Below are positions 1 through 12,235 of a DNA stretch of 64,000 nucleotides, one piece after another. Source of the DNA: Scyliorhinus canicula (Eukaryota); contig NW_024055760.1 in NCBI RefSeq assembly GCF_902713615.1, forward strand, positions 896,533-960,532, in the 5' to 3' direction. A program made the translations under genes and the position numbers. Under the pieces are notes generated by a model. It was not told the DNA's origin, did not search any database, and saw only the letters and a list, made by a program, of their open reading frames with translations. Every line of letters starts with the position of its first letter. The first letter of the stretch is position 1.

Positions 1-279
1 TTTGTTCAAATTGGTGATCAGCGCCACAGCAGGATTTTCAACCTAAATGAGGCTAAATAAACACAATATTAGTTTAAAAAGGTATAAAAATCTTCCACTT
101 ATCTCTGTTGACCGACACGCTATATCTGCACAGAGGTTTAAAAGTGTTCTGATCCTCTTATAAATGTAATGACCAGGACAAGCTGAAATAACTCACCCAT
201 TCGCTCTTGGAAGAGACAGAGTTAGTTTTTGAGGGAGCAGTGAATTTAAATCTCTGTTTTTTAGTCAACAGTCTGCCGC

Positions 280-307
280 AGTATTTGACACGCTGTGTCT
301 CACTGTG
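280..307 (+). promoter_or_regulatory. 5' RSS of DH (12-bp spacer)
   Basis: Nonamer-like AGTATTTGA 280-288 (6/9 to GGTTTTTGT), 12-nt spacer, perfect heptamer CACTGTG 301-307. Confidence 0.75.
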
Positions 308-317
308 ATAACAGGGG
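308..317 (+). other. IgH diversity segment (D2-type, 12/12 RSS), ATAACAGGGG
   Basis: 10 nt bounded by opposed RSSs, ~380 bp upstream of JH as in shark V-D-D-J-C clusters. Confidence 0.85.
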
Positions 318-345
318 CACAGCAGTTACTGTCAATACAAAAGCC
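318..345 (+). promoter_or_regulatory. 3' RSS of DH (12-bp spacer)
   Basis: Heptamer CACAGCA 318-324, 12-nt spacer, nonamer ACAAAAGCC 337-345. Confidence 0.85.
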
Positions 346-659
346 CCTCAGCACTAATTCACTGAGGCTGGCTCAGTGCTCGCTTTTACAATCCAACTTA
401 ATTTACAGTGATGTATTACTGTCCAGCACTGACAAAATGATAAGAATTAATATGGAAATTTGGTGGTCGTTATTTAGTCACAGTTGGTGTTTTCAATAGC
501 ATTTCCATGTCTGAAATATAAAACATTCAGTCATTTGAAGAGAGAACGGTATCCACAAATATTAATATAATTTCCTGAAAATTAATCGTGAATTTTCTTT
601 GCCGTTGGTTTGTGAATATTTAAAATAATGGTGGATTTCTGTCTATTTTGTGCAGGTGC

Positions 660-698
660 GGTTATTGTATGGAGCAGCCCAGGGAATGTGACACTGTG
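660..698 (+). promoter_or_regulatory. JH RSS (23-bp spacer)
   Basis: Nonamer GGTTATTGT 660-668, 23-nt spacer, heptamer CACTGTG 692-698. Confidence 0.92.
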
Positions 699-746
699 AC
701 ATCATGGGCTACTGGGGACAAGGCACCATGGTGACGGTGACTGCAG
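699..746 (+). CDS. IGHJ: IgH joining segment (IMGYWGQGTMVTVTA)
   Basis: WGQG motif, preceding 23-RSS, donor GTAAG at 747. Confidence 0.96.
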
Positions 747-2907
747 GTAAGAACCATTCCGTCATTTACCAACTGTTTTACTTGAGTATTTGTTTTATAT
801 TTTTCTGCATTTTCAAAATCTATTCGTTCACTGAAATGTGTTTTGGTGGATCATGTATTGCGATTTTGTTGCAATGTTTCATTTGATTCTGCTGAAAGGG
901 GAATATAGAATCCCGCAGTTTCTTGGCAGAAAGATGCTGCTGAGGGATTCAGTCCCTGTTTGCTGTGATTTGATGTTTATTTGCTGAGGATACTGTGTGG
1001 CGGGGTTAGTTTAATTACAGAACGTGTGTTTTTACGATGTTTAATCTCGGTTCTATCTAATGTCTGCAGTTTGTACCGTCTTCTGCACAAGTGTTTGAGA
1101 TCTAACCCAACATTGACAAAATGTGCTAAAGTTTCTCCATTATCTTATTGAATATGATCCGCTTACTGACAATGCTTATGTTATTATTCCATTTTTGTGT
1201 TTCATTTAATTCTTCATTCATTTGATGACATGAGGGTTTGGTGCATTCTAGTTTGAGATTTTCTTGCAATGTTGCATTTGGTTCTGTTGAAAGGGTTTGT
1301 AGAACTGAGCTGCTTCTCTATGGTGCTTCACTCGTTCGGTGATGTGTTTTGGTGTTTTTCTGCTGAGGAATGTTTTTGGGTGACTTTGAATCGGAAGATT
1401 TGTGAAACGGTTTGGCGTGTCAGTATTGTTTCAACTCGGTGACGCTGAGCGGTTACACGGTTTGTGATTGAATGCAGAGTATACGTGTTTGAAACTGCTT
1501 GGTGCAGGCTTGTAGGCAGAGAACAGGGAGGCTGTTTCTGCATCTTGAAAAAAAGGTGAAAATTGCAGATTAAACTAAGCCACGTTTTACGACAAAGCCT
1601 TTCCGAGCACAGGTTGTTGCTGCAATCACAGTTTGCCGTTTGTGCAATGTTTCATCTCCGTGGCATCTGATGGTTGCAGCTTTTACCATCTCCTGCAAAC
1701 ATTAAAAGCATTTAAATGTGTTTGAAAAATGACTCAATATGAAAAAATTGGTAAAGTTCCAATAATCTTTGTTGTTAATATTCCAGCTCCTCACAATGCT
1801 ATTGCTGTTATTCCACATTTCTGTTTAGTTAATAATTCATACATTGGCGACGAGCTGTTTGCTAGATGTTTATATTTCTTGCAATATTAAGTTTGATCCA
1901 GTTCGATGTAGAATTGAGCTGCTCTCCATAAACGGGTTTCAGTCCTTCATTGATGTGATTTCGTGTTTTGTTCTTCTGACGAGATTGTGTATTGGGTGAC
2001 TTTAAATGATTAAGATTGGTCAAACGGTTCAGCGTTTCTGCATTGTTTAAACTCGGTGACACTGAGCGGTTACACGTTTTCTGGTTGAATGCAAACAGTC
2101 TCGGCGTTTTGAAAATGCTTGAAGGGCGATTGTCGGGAGAAAACAGCCAGGCTTAAGAAAATAATCTAATAAAGATATATTGATGCATTTTGTAATTTTA
2201 ACTGATGCTTCCAGATTAAACGAAATAATGACTGAAACGCCCATGCAGAACATAGTAACATTTATATAATTCAAACAATGCAATGCGGTGATACAACTCC
2301 ATATTAACCAAGGGTTATTTTAGATTGATATAATTCATCATTAATCGCCTTTCACAATCATGCTGTGTTCCACACGAGGTTAACGTGGACCGGGCAGATT
2401 TCTAGGCTGGAAATACTTTGTAATTGCAGTTATTCTATTATTTCTGTGCCGCGGCAACCATATTATACCTTCACTGTAATGCGTAGTTGGATAGCGAGGT
2501 AATTATCGCTAATCTAACCTGAAACAGGGTTCTGAGATGTGGAAGTCGCTGCCAATCATGGAATTGTTCCGATGATTTTATTTATATTGTAGGAAAGTTC
2601 AGATTGCCTATGGCATTAGATTGAAAAGTAAAAGCTTGAATGTCAAACCGATTTATTTATTTACAAAAGGTTAACAATACCTCTGCATTTTATAATGACA
2701 TCCTGTCTCCCACAGCTGTGCTCTACACACGATAGAATTATAGGAAGAACAAATGATAGGAAAGAAAGAATGATTATATCTTAGCTTTAGGCTTAAAATT
2801 TATTAAATGCTAAATTCAGCAACAAATTATCCACTCCACTTGCTCATAATGGGTGAGTTTTGGAAATGATTTGAATAAATATTACTGAGCTGTTCTCGTT
2901 ATATTAC

Positions 2908-3230
2908 ATGGTGGTTAGCATCAATGCTTCACAGCTCCAGGGTCCCAGGTTCGATTCCCGGCTGGGTCACTGTCTGTGTGGAGTCTGCACATCCTCCCTG
3001 TGTGTGCGTGGGTTTCCTCCGGGTGCTCCGGTTTCCTCCCACAGTCCAAAGATGTGCGGGTTAGGTGGATTGGCCATGCTAAATTGCCCGTAGTGTAAGG
3101 TTGATGGGGGGATTGTTGGGTTACGGGTGTGCGGGTTGCGTGGGTTTAAAGTGGGGTGATCGTTGTTCGGCACAACATCGAGGGCCGAAGGGCCTGTTCT
3201 GTGCTGTACTGTTCTATGTTCTATGTTCTA
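2908..3230 (+). mobile_element. HE1-type V-SINE, (TTCTATG)n tail
   Basis: tRNA-like head TGGTTAGCA...GGTTCGATTCC, central GGTTTCCTCCGGGTGCTCCGGTTTCCTCCC domain, LINE-derived tail. Confidence 0.88.
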
Positions 3231-4789
3231 TTACTTTCTGAGAATAGATGGAGTTTATGATTTATCAATGTGTTCAGAAAGGCGCAGATTTTACACATTT
3301 GTAGGTCGAATAGAGCAATTTGAGTTAAAAATCAAATAAAATGTGAATAGAGTCAAGTAAATGTTAAGATGTTTCCATCAAGTAATTTGGAGTTTACTGT
3401 TCAACATTGTTTGATTGTCAGGTTGTTTTAATTACATCCAATGATTTCACAAAGCTCTGGGTAAAAACAAATAGGAGATTATTGAAAGCTATTTTTATTA
3501 TATTTATTATTATAGTACAGATAATCTAATGAAGGATTAGCTGACAATTAACAATAACTTACAGTACAATATCAGTGAGAATTAATTCAACATAAATGAC
3601 CTCCTACAATTGAGTTGTATCCTGGCGTGCAATATCTCAAAGGTTTTAAAGAGTTTTAATAATATCTGAAATGAATTTAGGAAACAATACATTTCTTTAC
3701 ACTGCTGTGTGCAGCTCAGTTCTTTTTCTGATTACATTCTTTTGCCCTGATTCTTTTGCTGATTACATTTAATTGTGATTTTAGATCATATCAGTGGGTA
3801 ATGTGAATATGTTGTGGTTTGTTTTATTATTGCCCTGTCACTGAGTCTATGTGACGTCATTATCTGCCCTGAATCTGTAATATTTAATCTGTTTATTTTC
3901 AAGCGGAAACTACTTTTTGCCCAATTATCGAGATTTGAGACAGACAGGGAAAAGTAGTTAAAAGTCGAATACAATTTTGAAATTAATGTCAGTTTAATTT
4001 CAAATAAATTACTGAATTATTGTTGCCGAAAGTTGACCATTGATCAATTAGAATCAAACAGTTTGAATGGAATTGACAGATTGAACAGATCTATCTGTTG
4101 GGAACTCGACTGTTGCCATGTGTGTCTGTTCAGTTTCTGTGCGCGTTGCCATTGTGCTGGGACCAGGAAACTTCCTGACTGGTTCTGCTTCATTTTCCAG
4201 TATTTCAGGGAGTGCAGTTTGATCAATCTCTTCAATAAAACTTGTGTCTGTGAGAAATGTGAAAATGTTACTTGGTGTTTGATTAGGCGACTCAGAAAGG
4301 AGATTCCAAACCCAGATTGTGACAGTCAGAAAGAATTCAGCAACGCCAGACAGGCTGGAGAAGACGATCTGATTGGTTTTTTAAGCAGTGATATATTGGT
4401 CTTGGGAATTTTCGATTCGGCAATGCAGAGAGAGATTTATTGGGTTACATTCCGTGCTATGGCAGTCCTTGATATATTTAATGGGTCAGTGCAGCGGAGA
4501 ATCCCTTGGCATTTTATTTTTAATCCTATCCTAGGATTTTAGAGGCGCTGGCAAGGCCCGAATTTATTATACATGCCTAAGTGTCCCCAGGGAAAGTTTA
4601 GATGTGAGGCATCCTCGAACAGCTGCAGTCCATGTGGTGGAGGGATATCCGCAATATTGTCAGGGAGAGAGTTCCAGAATTCTGACAAGGCGGCAGTGAA
4701 GGAATGGCGGTGTAGTCCTAAATCAGGATGGTGAGTGTCTTGGAAGGAATTTGCAGTGTTGGTGCACCCAATGCATCATGACAAACACA

Positions 4790-7700
4790 TACATACTGTC
4801 ACTGTCTCACACGCGCTTTCTCTCACATCCTCACACAAACTCATTCTCTCACACACATAATCATACACACTGTGCCTCACACACAATGACTCACAATCTC
4901 ACTTTTAGACACATTGTGACGATCTCTCACACACACATTCGCTCACAGGTGCTCTCACTCACACACGCTCTATCTCAGACGCACTCTTTCACCAAATCTC
5001 TCTGACACACCTTGCTTCTCTCACACACTCTCAAACACACAGATCCTCTCTCTCCCTCACAAACATGCATAATCACTCTTCAAACACAGTATTTTTTCTT
5101 TCAGCCTCTCTCTCACACACATTCCCTCTTATACACACATACACAATATCTCAGACGCACACACACTCGCCAACACATTATTACTCTCTAACGCACTCTC
5201 ACGCGTGCATCCTGGCACATGCCCTCTCTCTTATGGACACTGTCTAATTTCCTCTCTCTGACACACAATCCATCTCTCTTTCAGGCATGCAGTATCTCAC
5301 ACTCTATCTCACACATTCTCTCTCTCTGACACACACTCTCATACCCACATTCTTTCTCTCACACACTCCCTCTCTATCACAGACACACTAACTCAGACAC
5401 ACACTCCCGCACATAGTCTCACATCCATAATCGCTCTTCAAACAGAATCATTCCTTCTTTCACACACACAATCTCAAACATACTATCTCTCTCCCTTTCT
5501 CTCACACACACGTCCACAGACACACACACACGCACCCTGTCACACACATACATTCCGTCACCTGCTCCCTCTCATGCACACTGTGTCACGTGACTCTCTT
5601 ACTGACAATCTCTCTCTTTCGCACATGCACACTCATACACAAACACACACATACTCGCACAAGCACTTATTTGTCTTTCACACACACTGGTAAATACATA
5701 TCTCGTAAACACACTTTCTTCAATCAAACACAGACTTGTTCTGTGGCATACTCTATCACACGTTCTCAGAAACACACAAAGGCGCCCCTACATTCTGTTT
5801 CTCTCTGACACACGTGGTCTCTCTCTCTCACTGTCTTAGGTACACACCCACATGCTCTCTCATCTCTCTCACACACACTCAATCATACACACCCTATCTC
5901 GAACTCACGCACACAATCTCCCATTTCCACACACTCTCACACACCCTCACTCACACAACCTGATTCCCCCACCCTCACTCACACACCCTGATCCCCCCCA
6001 CCCTAACACCCTCACTCACACACCCTCACTCGCACACCCTGATTCATCCACCCGAACACCCTCACTCACTCACACCCTCACCCACACAACCTCACTCACA
6101 CACCCTCACTCACACACCCTCACTGACTCACACACTCACTCACTCACTCTCCTCACTCACACAACCTCACTCACACGCCCTCACACACCCTCACTGACTC
6201 ACACACAGGCACTCACTCACTCCCCTCACTCACACCCTCACTCACTCACATCCCCTCACTCACACACCCTCACTGACTCACACACACTCACTCACCTCAC
6301 TCACACAACCTCACTCACTTAACAACCTCACTCACTATAACACCCTCACTCACCATCACTCTCTCACACTCATTGACTCACTTGCTAGCCCAACCTAAAT
6401 TGCTCACTCTCATTCAAACGCACTCATTCACACACCCTCAGTCCACCTTAGTCACTCACACTGATTCACTCACCCACCATCACTCACAGCCTCACACACC
6501 CACCCTCGCGCATCTTCACTAACCCTCAGTCACACAACCTCACTCAGTCACCCTCACTCATTCACCCTCAGTCACACACCTTCATACTACCCTCATCACC
6601 CACCCTCATTCATCCTCACTCACTCACACACCCTCACTCACTCTTCCTCGCTCGCCCAACCTTATTCACTCACCCATCCTCACTCTCTCAGCCTCATTCA
6701 CTCACCTACCGACCCTCACTCACCTCCATTCATTCACCCACCCACGCACCGACCCTCACTCATCCTCATTCAATCTCTCAGCTCAACCAATCACCCATCC
6801 TCACTCACTCACCCACCCACCCTCACTTACCTTCATTCAGCAACTTACCCTCACTCAGTCACCCACCCTCATTAACACACTGACTCACCCACTCTCCCTC
6901 TCCCTCCCTCACTCACACAACCTCACTGATGCCCTCAATTACTCACCTCACTCACTCTCTCTCTCTCACTCACAGCCACCCTCAGTAAGCGACCCTAACT
7001 CAGCCCCATTCACTCAAAATCACACCCACCATCACTCGCCCATCCTCTCGCATTCACCCACCCTGACTCACTATCCTCACTCGTACAGCCTCACTCACAC
7101 ATCCTCACTCACACAGCCTCACACACACAGCCTCACTCACACAGCCTCACTCACACAGCCTCACACACACAGCCTCACTCTCACAGCATCACACACACAC
7201 ATCCTCACTCACACAGCCTCACTCACTACCATCACTCACACACCCTCACTCACACAGCCTCACTCACACAGCCTCACTCACACACCCTCACTCACGCAGC
7301 CTCATTCACACACTCTCACTCACACACCCTCACTCCAACAGCCTCACTCCCACAGCCTCACTCACACAGCCTCACTCACACACCCTCAATCACACAGCAT
7401 CACTCACACACCCTCACTCACACACCCTCACTCACACACCCTCACTCACACAGCGTCACTCACACAGCCTTACTCACACAGCCTCACCCACACAGCCTCA
7501 CTCACACACCCTCACTCACACAGCCTCACTCCCACACCCTCACTCACACACCCTCACTCACACACCCTCACTCCCACACCCTCACTCACACACCCTCACT
7601 CACACAGCCTCACTCACCCACCCTCACTCACACACCCTCACTCACACAGCCTCACTCACACACCCTCACTCACACAGCCTCACTCACACAGCCTCACTCA

Positions 7701-9895
7701 CACACCCTCACTCACACAGCCTCACTCACTACCCTCACTCACACACCCTCACTCACACAGCCTCACTCACACAGCCTCACTCACACACCCTCACTCACAC
7801 ACCCTCACTCACACACCCTCACTCCCACAGCCTCACTCCCACAGCCTCACTCCCACAGCCTCACTCACACACCCTCACTCACACAGCCTCACTCACACAC
7901 CCTCACTCACACACCCTCACTCACACAGCCTCACTCACACAACCTCACTCACACACCCTCACTCACACAGCCTCACTCACACAGCCTCACTCACACACCC
8001 TTACTCACACAGCCTCACTCACTACCCTCACTCACACACCCTCACTCACACAGCCTCACTCACACAGCCTCACTCACACACCCTCACTCACACACCCTCA
8101 CTCACACACCCTCACTCACACACCCTCACTCACACCCTCACTCAAACAGCCTCACTCCCACACCCTCACTCACAGACCCTCACTCACACAGCCTCACTCA
8201 CACAGCCTCACTCACACACCCTCACTCACACAGCCTCACTCACACAGCCTCACTCATACAGCCTCACTCACTACCCTCACTCACACAGCCTCACTCACAC
8301 ACCCTCACTCACACACCCTCACTCACACAGCCTCACTCACCCACCCTCACTCACACACCCTCACTCACACACCCTCACTCACACACCCTCACTCACACAC
8401 CCTCACTCACTACCCTCACTCACACAGCCTCACTCATACAGCCTTACTCACACAGCCTCTCTCACACACCCTCACTCATACAGCCTCACTCACAAGGCGT
8501 CTCTCACCCACCATTTCCCATACGCCTTCACTCACAATCTCACCCATCCTCATTCACACACCCTCACTCATGTTCCCTCATACACCCTCACTCAGCCACC
8601 CTCACTTACACACACTCATGCACCCACCCTCTTTCACCCACTCTCACTCATCCTCACACCCTCACCCACTCTCATTCACTTACCTTCACTCACGCACCCT
8701 CACTTACTCACACTCACTCACCCTCACACTCACCCTCATTAACTCACTCACCCAACCTCATTCAATTACCCTCATTCTCTAACGTTCACTCACTCATGCA
8801 CCCACTCTCATTCACTCACCCTCACTCACCTAAACACTGTCAGGTACACTCCTGGCTCTCTCATCCACACTCACCCTCACTCATTCACCCTCACTCATTC
8901 TCCCTCACTCATTCACCCTCACTCATTCACCCTCACTCATTCACCCTCACTCATTCACTCTCACTCATTCACCCTCACTCAATCACCCTCACTCATTCAC
9001 CCTGACTCATTCACGCTCACTCATTCTCCCTCACTCAATCACCCTCACTCATTCACCCTCACTCAATCACCCACACTCATTCACCATCACTCAATCACCC
9101 TCACTCAATCACCCTCACTCAATCACCCTTACTCAATTACTGTCACTCAATCACCCTCACTCATTCAACCTCACTCATTCAACCTCACTAATCCACTTTC
9201 ATTCATTCACCCTCACTCACCCACCCTCACTCAGTCACCTTTGCTCAGGTTCACTGCACACCTTCACTCACAAACTGACCCTCCCAGCCTCACTCAGCCA
9301 GCCTCACTTATTCTCCACCTCTCACTCACTGCCCCGCACCCATCCAGACCCATCCACCCTCAGTGACACACCCTCAACCATTTACACTCACTCCATCAAC
9401 CACCCATTCTCTCCCACTCATCCACACTCCCACCGTTACTCAGGTGCTCACTCACCCGCACTCACTCTCCAACCCTCACTAAGTTACTCACTCACCCGCA
9501 CTCATTCTCCTACCTTCACAGTTACTCACTCACCCGCACTCACTCTCCTATCCTCACTCAGTTACTCACTCACTCACACTCACTCTCCTACCCTCATTCA
9601 GTTACTCACACCCGCACTCACTCTCCTACCTTCACTCAGTTACTCACTCACCCGCACTCACTCTCCTACCCTCACTCAGTTACTCACACCCGCACTCACT
9701 CTCCTACCCTCACTAAGTTACTCACTCACCCACACTCCCTCTCCTACCCTCACTCAGTTACTCACTCACCCACACTCACTCTCCTACCCTCACTCAGCTA
9801 CCCACTCACCCACACTCACTCTCCTACCCTCACTCACTCACCCACACTCAATCTCCTACCCTCACTCACTTACTCACTCATCCTCTCTCACTGAT
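4790..9895. repeat. 5-kb compound C/A/T-rich simple-repeat block
   Basis: 14-mer CCTCACTCACACA(G/C) 7080-8490, 14-mer CCCTCACTCA(T/A)TCA 8870-9200, ~36-40-mer CTCACTCAGTTACTCACTCACCCGCACTCACTCTCCTACC 9440-9885; very little G on +. Confidence 0.95.
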
Positions 9896-10020
9896 GCTCA
9901 GGAAATGGGCAAGGGAGCGTCTGCAACGGGGGAGGAATAGAGAACTGGAGCGAAACTGATGACGAGTGGCGCCCGATTGTGGCTGCATAACACGGGATTG
10001 CCGGGAGCCGGAGGGAAGTG

Positions 10021-10170
10021 CAGACAGCCGGGGGAAGGGGCAGAGAGCCGGGGGGAGGAGCAGAGAGCCGGGGGGTGGAGCAGAGAGCCGGGGGAAGGGG
10101 CAGAGAGCCGGGGGAAGGGGCACAGAGCTGGGGAAGGTGCCGAGAGCCGGGGGAAGGAGCAGAGAGCCGG
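10021..10170. repeat. 20-bp G-rich tandem repeat, ~7.5 copies
   Basis: Unit CAGAGAGCCGGGGGAAGGGG. Confidence 0.92.
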
Positions 10171-10710
10171 AAGAAATCCATGGAGTGGGTCATAAGCGAT
10201 AAGAATCGGGGTAAAGCGAACCGTGCTGGTGAAAAGCTCAGAAAGCCCGCACAAAGTGCCAGGAACCGGGAAAAGCACAAAGAACTGGGAAAAGTGCAGC
10301 ACACATGGGCAAAACACAAAGAGCAGTAAGACAATGCAGAGTCGAGAGAAAGTGCAGAGATGCGGAGGAAAGCGCAGAGCGCCGTGAAAAAGAGCAGAGA
10401 GCTAAAAGAAAGTGAAGGGACCAGGAGAAAGGTACAGAAATCCAGCGGGAACCGCAGAGAGATGGGGGACGCACAGGGAGCGCGGGGCGGGGTGCGGGGG
10501 GATTGCAGACAGCCCGGTCTCAGTGACAGGCGGAATGTGAAATTAACTGCACAATCAACACAGGCAGGAGCTTATTGAATGGGGAGGAGACTCGACAGAC
10601 CGAATGGCCGCCTCCCGCTGTTAATGTGCAGGATCCTAAAATTAGAGAATGTTGCAACTACTCAAATGTAGAGTTTTATTGTAATTATATAAATGTGCAT
10701 TCAGTTTACT

Positions 10711-11029
10711 GGACTGTGACGTACACAGCTCAGTTAGCTGGATTGTGACGTACACAGCTCAGTTAGCTGGATTCTGACGTACGCAGCTCAGTTAGCTGGA
10801 TTGTGACGTACACAGCGCAGTCAACTGGATTGTGACGTACACAGCTCAGTCAGCTGGATTGTGACATACACAACTCAGTCAGCTGGATTGTGACGTGCAC
10901 AGCTCAGTCAGCTGGACTGTGACGTACACAGCTCATTTAGCTGGACTTTGACGTACACAACTCAGTCAGCTGGACTTTGACGTACACAGCTCAGTTAGCT
11001 GGTTTGTGACGTACACAGCTCAGTCAGCT
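10711..11029. repeat. 29-bp tandem repeat, 11 copies
   Basis: Unit GGATTGTGACGTACACAGCTCAGTTAGCT, exact 29-bp period. Confidence 0.95.
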
Positions 11030-11225
11030 GGGCGGCTGGTTCGTAATGAAGATCAATCCCAGCAGCGCGGGTTCAATTGCTGCACCGGCTGAGGTTATTC
11101 ATAAAGACCCCCATTCTCAACCTTTGCCCTGGCCTGAGGTGTGGTGACCCTCAGGTTAAATCACCACCAGTCAGCTCTCAAAAGGAGAGAGCAGACTCCA
11201 GGACTATGGGACATTACATTTTGTT
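11015..11225 (+). mobile_element. tRNA-derived SINE, second family (head B)
   Basis: CAGCTCAGT...GCGGGTTCAATT...GAGGTGTGGTGACCCTCAGGTTAAATCACCACCAGTCAGCTC; homologous to 41490-41673 plus 43072-43125. Confidence 0.75.
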
Positions 11226-11540
11226 TTACATGATGGCTGACATAATGGGGAAAATCATCCGCTCTTCGCTTTCAATCCAATGCAAATTACATCATTCAGA
11301 TTACATCAAAATGTTGTTTTATGCCACTTGATAGAGACGGAGAAAGATGTGAGTTTCTAATGAGGGGCAAACAGGTGTTGGTTCTCAAATGATAGAACTA
11401 ATACAAGCTGAAATGTGGATGTAGCATTTGTTAGGAAAATGTTGGAATAACGCATAGTTCTCGTCAAATTTTGAAATGTTTGGTTACTGAATAAATACAA
11501 TCCCACAGTCTAACTTGTTGAATGGGCCATTCTCTCCCAG

Positions 11541-11840
11541 CGACACCGTCTCCGCCCACTCTCTACAGCCTGGTCTCCTCCTGTCAGCAACACAACACCG
11601 ACGGCTCCGTGACCTTCGGCTGTTTGGCGATGGACTACTCCCCAGAAATCACCAGCCTCACCTGGAAGAAAGATGGGCAGCTGATCACCACTGGAGTTAA
11701 GAAATACCCGTCAGTGAGAAACAAGAAGGGAACCTACACCCTGAGCAGCCAGTTAACCATCACCGAGTCAGAGGGGGGATGCAGCAAAATCAGCTGTGAG
11801 GTTCGACACAGCGGCTCAGACAAGAGCATTGGAATGAAAT
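11541..11840 (+). CDS. IGHM: IgM constant exon C-mu1
   Basis: [17 protein letters not shown]...TFGCLAMDY...LTWKK...ISCEVRH; acceptor CCCAG 11536-11540, donor GTAAGT 11841; phase 1 continues JH frame. Confidence 0.96.
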
Positions 11841-12021
11841 GTAAGTGTTGTAGAAACTGTGAGAATTAAGAAACTTATGAATACCTTGTATAGGGTCTTG
11901 GATATAACTCATTTGTAATACTCTGCATAGTCCTGATCCATGGGAAATCTTGCTTCCTATCTATTGGCCACAAAAATGTTAAAGTATATGAACTAATTTT
12001 GTTTGTTATCAATTTATTCTG

Positions 12022-12235
12022 TAAGAACATAAGAACATAAGAACTAGGAGCAGGAGTAGGCCATCTGGCCCCTCGAGCCTGCTCCGCCATTCAATTAGAT
12101 CATGGCTGATCTTTTGTGGACTCAGCTCCACTTTCCGGCCCGAACACCATAACCCTTAATCCCTTTATTCTTCAAAAAACTATCTATCTTTACCTTAAAA
12201 ACATGTAATGAAGGAGCCTCAACTGTTTCACTGGG
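12022..12235 (-). mobile_element. CR1-type LINE 3' end in C-mu1/C-mu2 intron
   Basis: (AAGAACAT)n tail followed by GGAGTAGGCCATCTGGCCCCTCGAGCCTGCTCCGCC terminus. Confidence 0.75.

Noticed and set aside
25-63. CACAGCA at 25-31 as 3' RSS of D1
   Set aside because: No convincing nonamer at 12 or 22/23 spacing and no 5' heptamer; D1 and VH probably lie upstream of the window
641-746. Acceptor-like TTTTGTGCAG just before the JH nonamer as an in-frame cryptic exon
   Set aside because: The J-frame reading hits TGA at 689, and the phase-1 reading is out of frame and stops
4033-4542. 169-aa Cys-rich ORF in the J-C intron
   Set aside because: TTG start, no Ig or other domain pattern, no consistent splice sites
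4751-10329. His/Thr/Pro-rich and Gly/Glu-rich ORFs
   Set aside because: Translations of simple repeats
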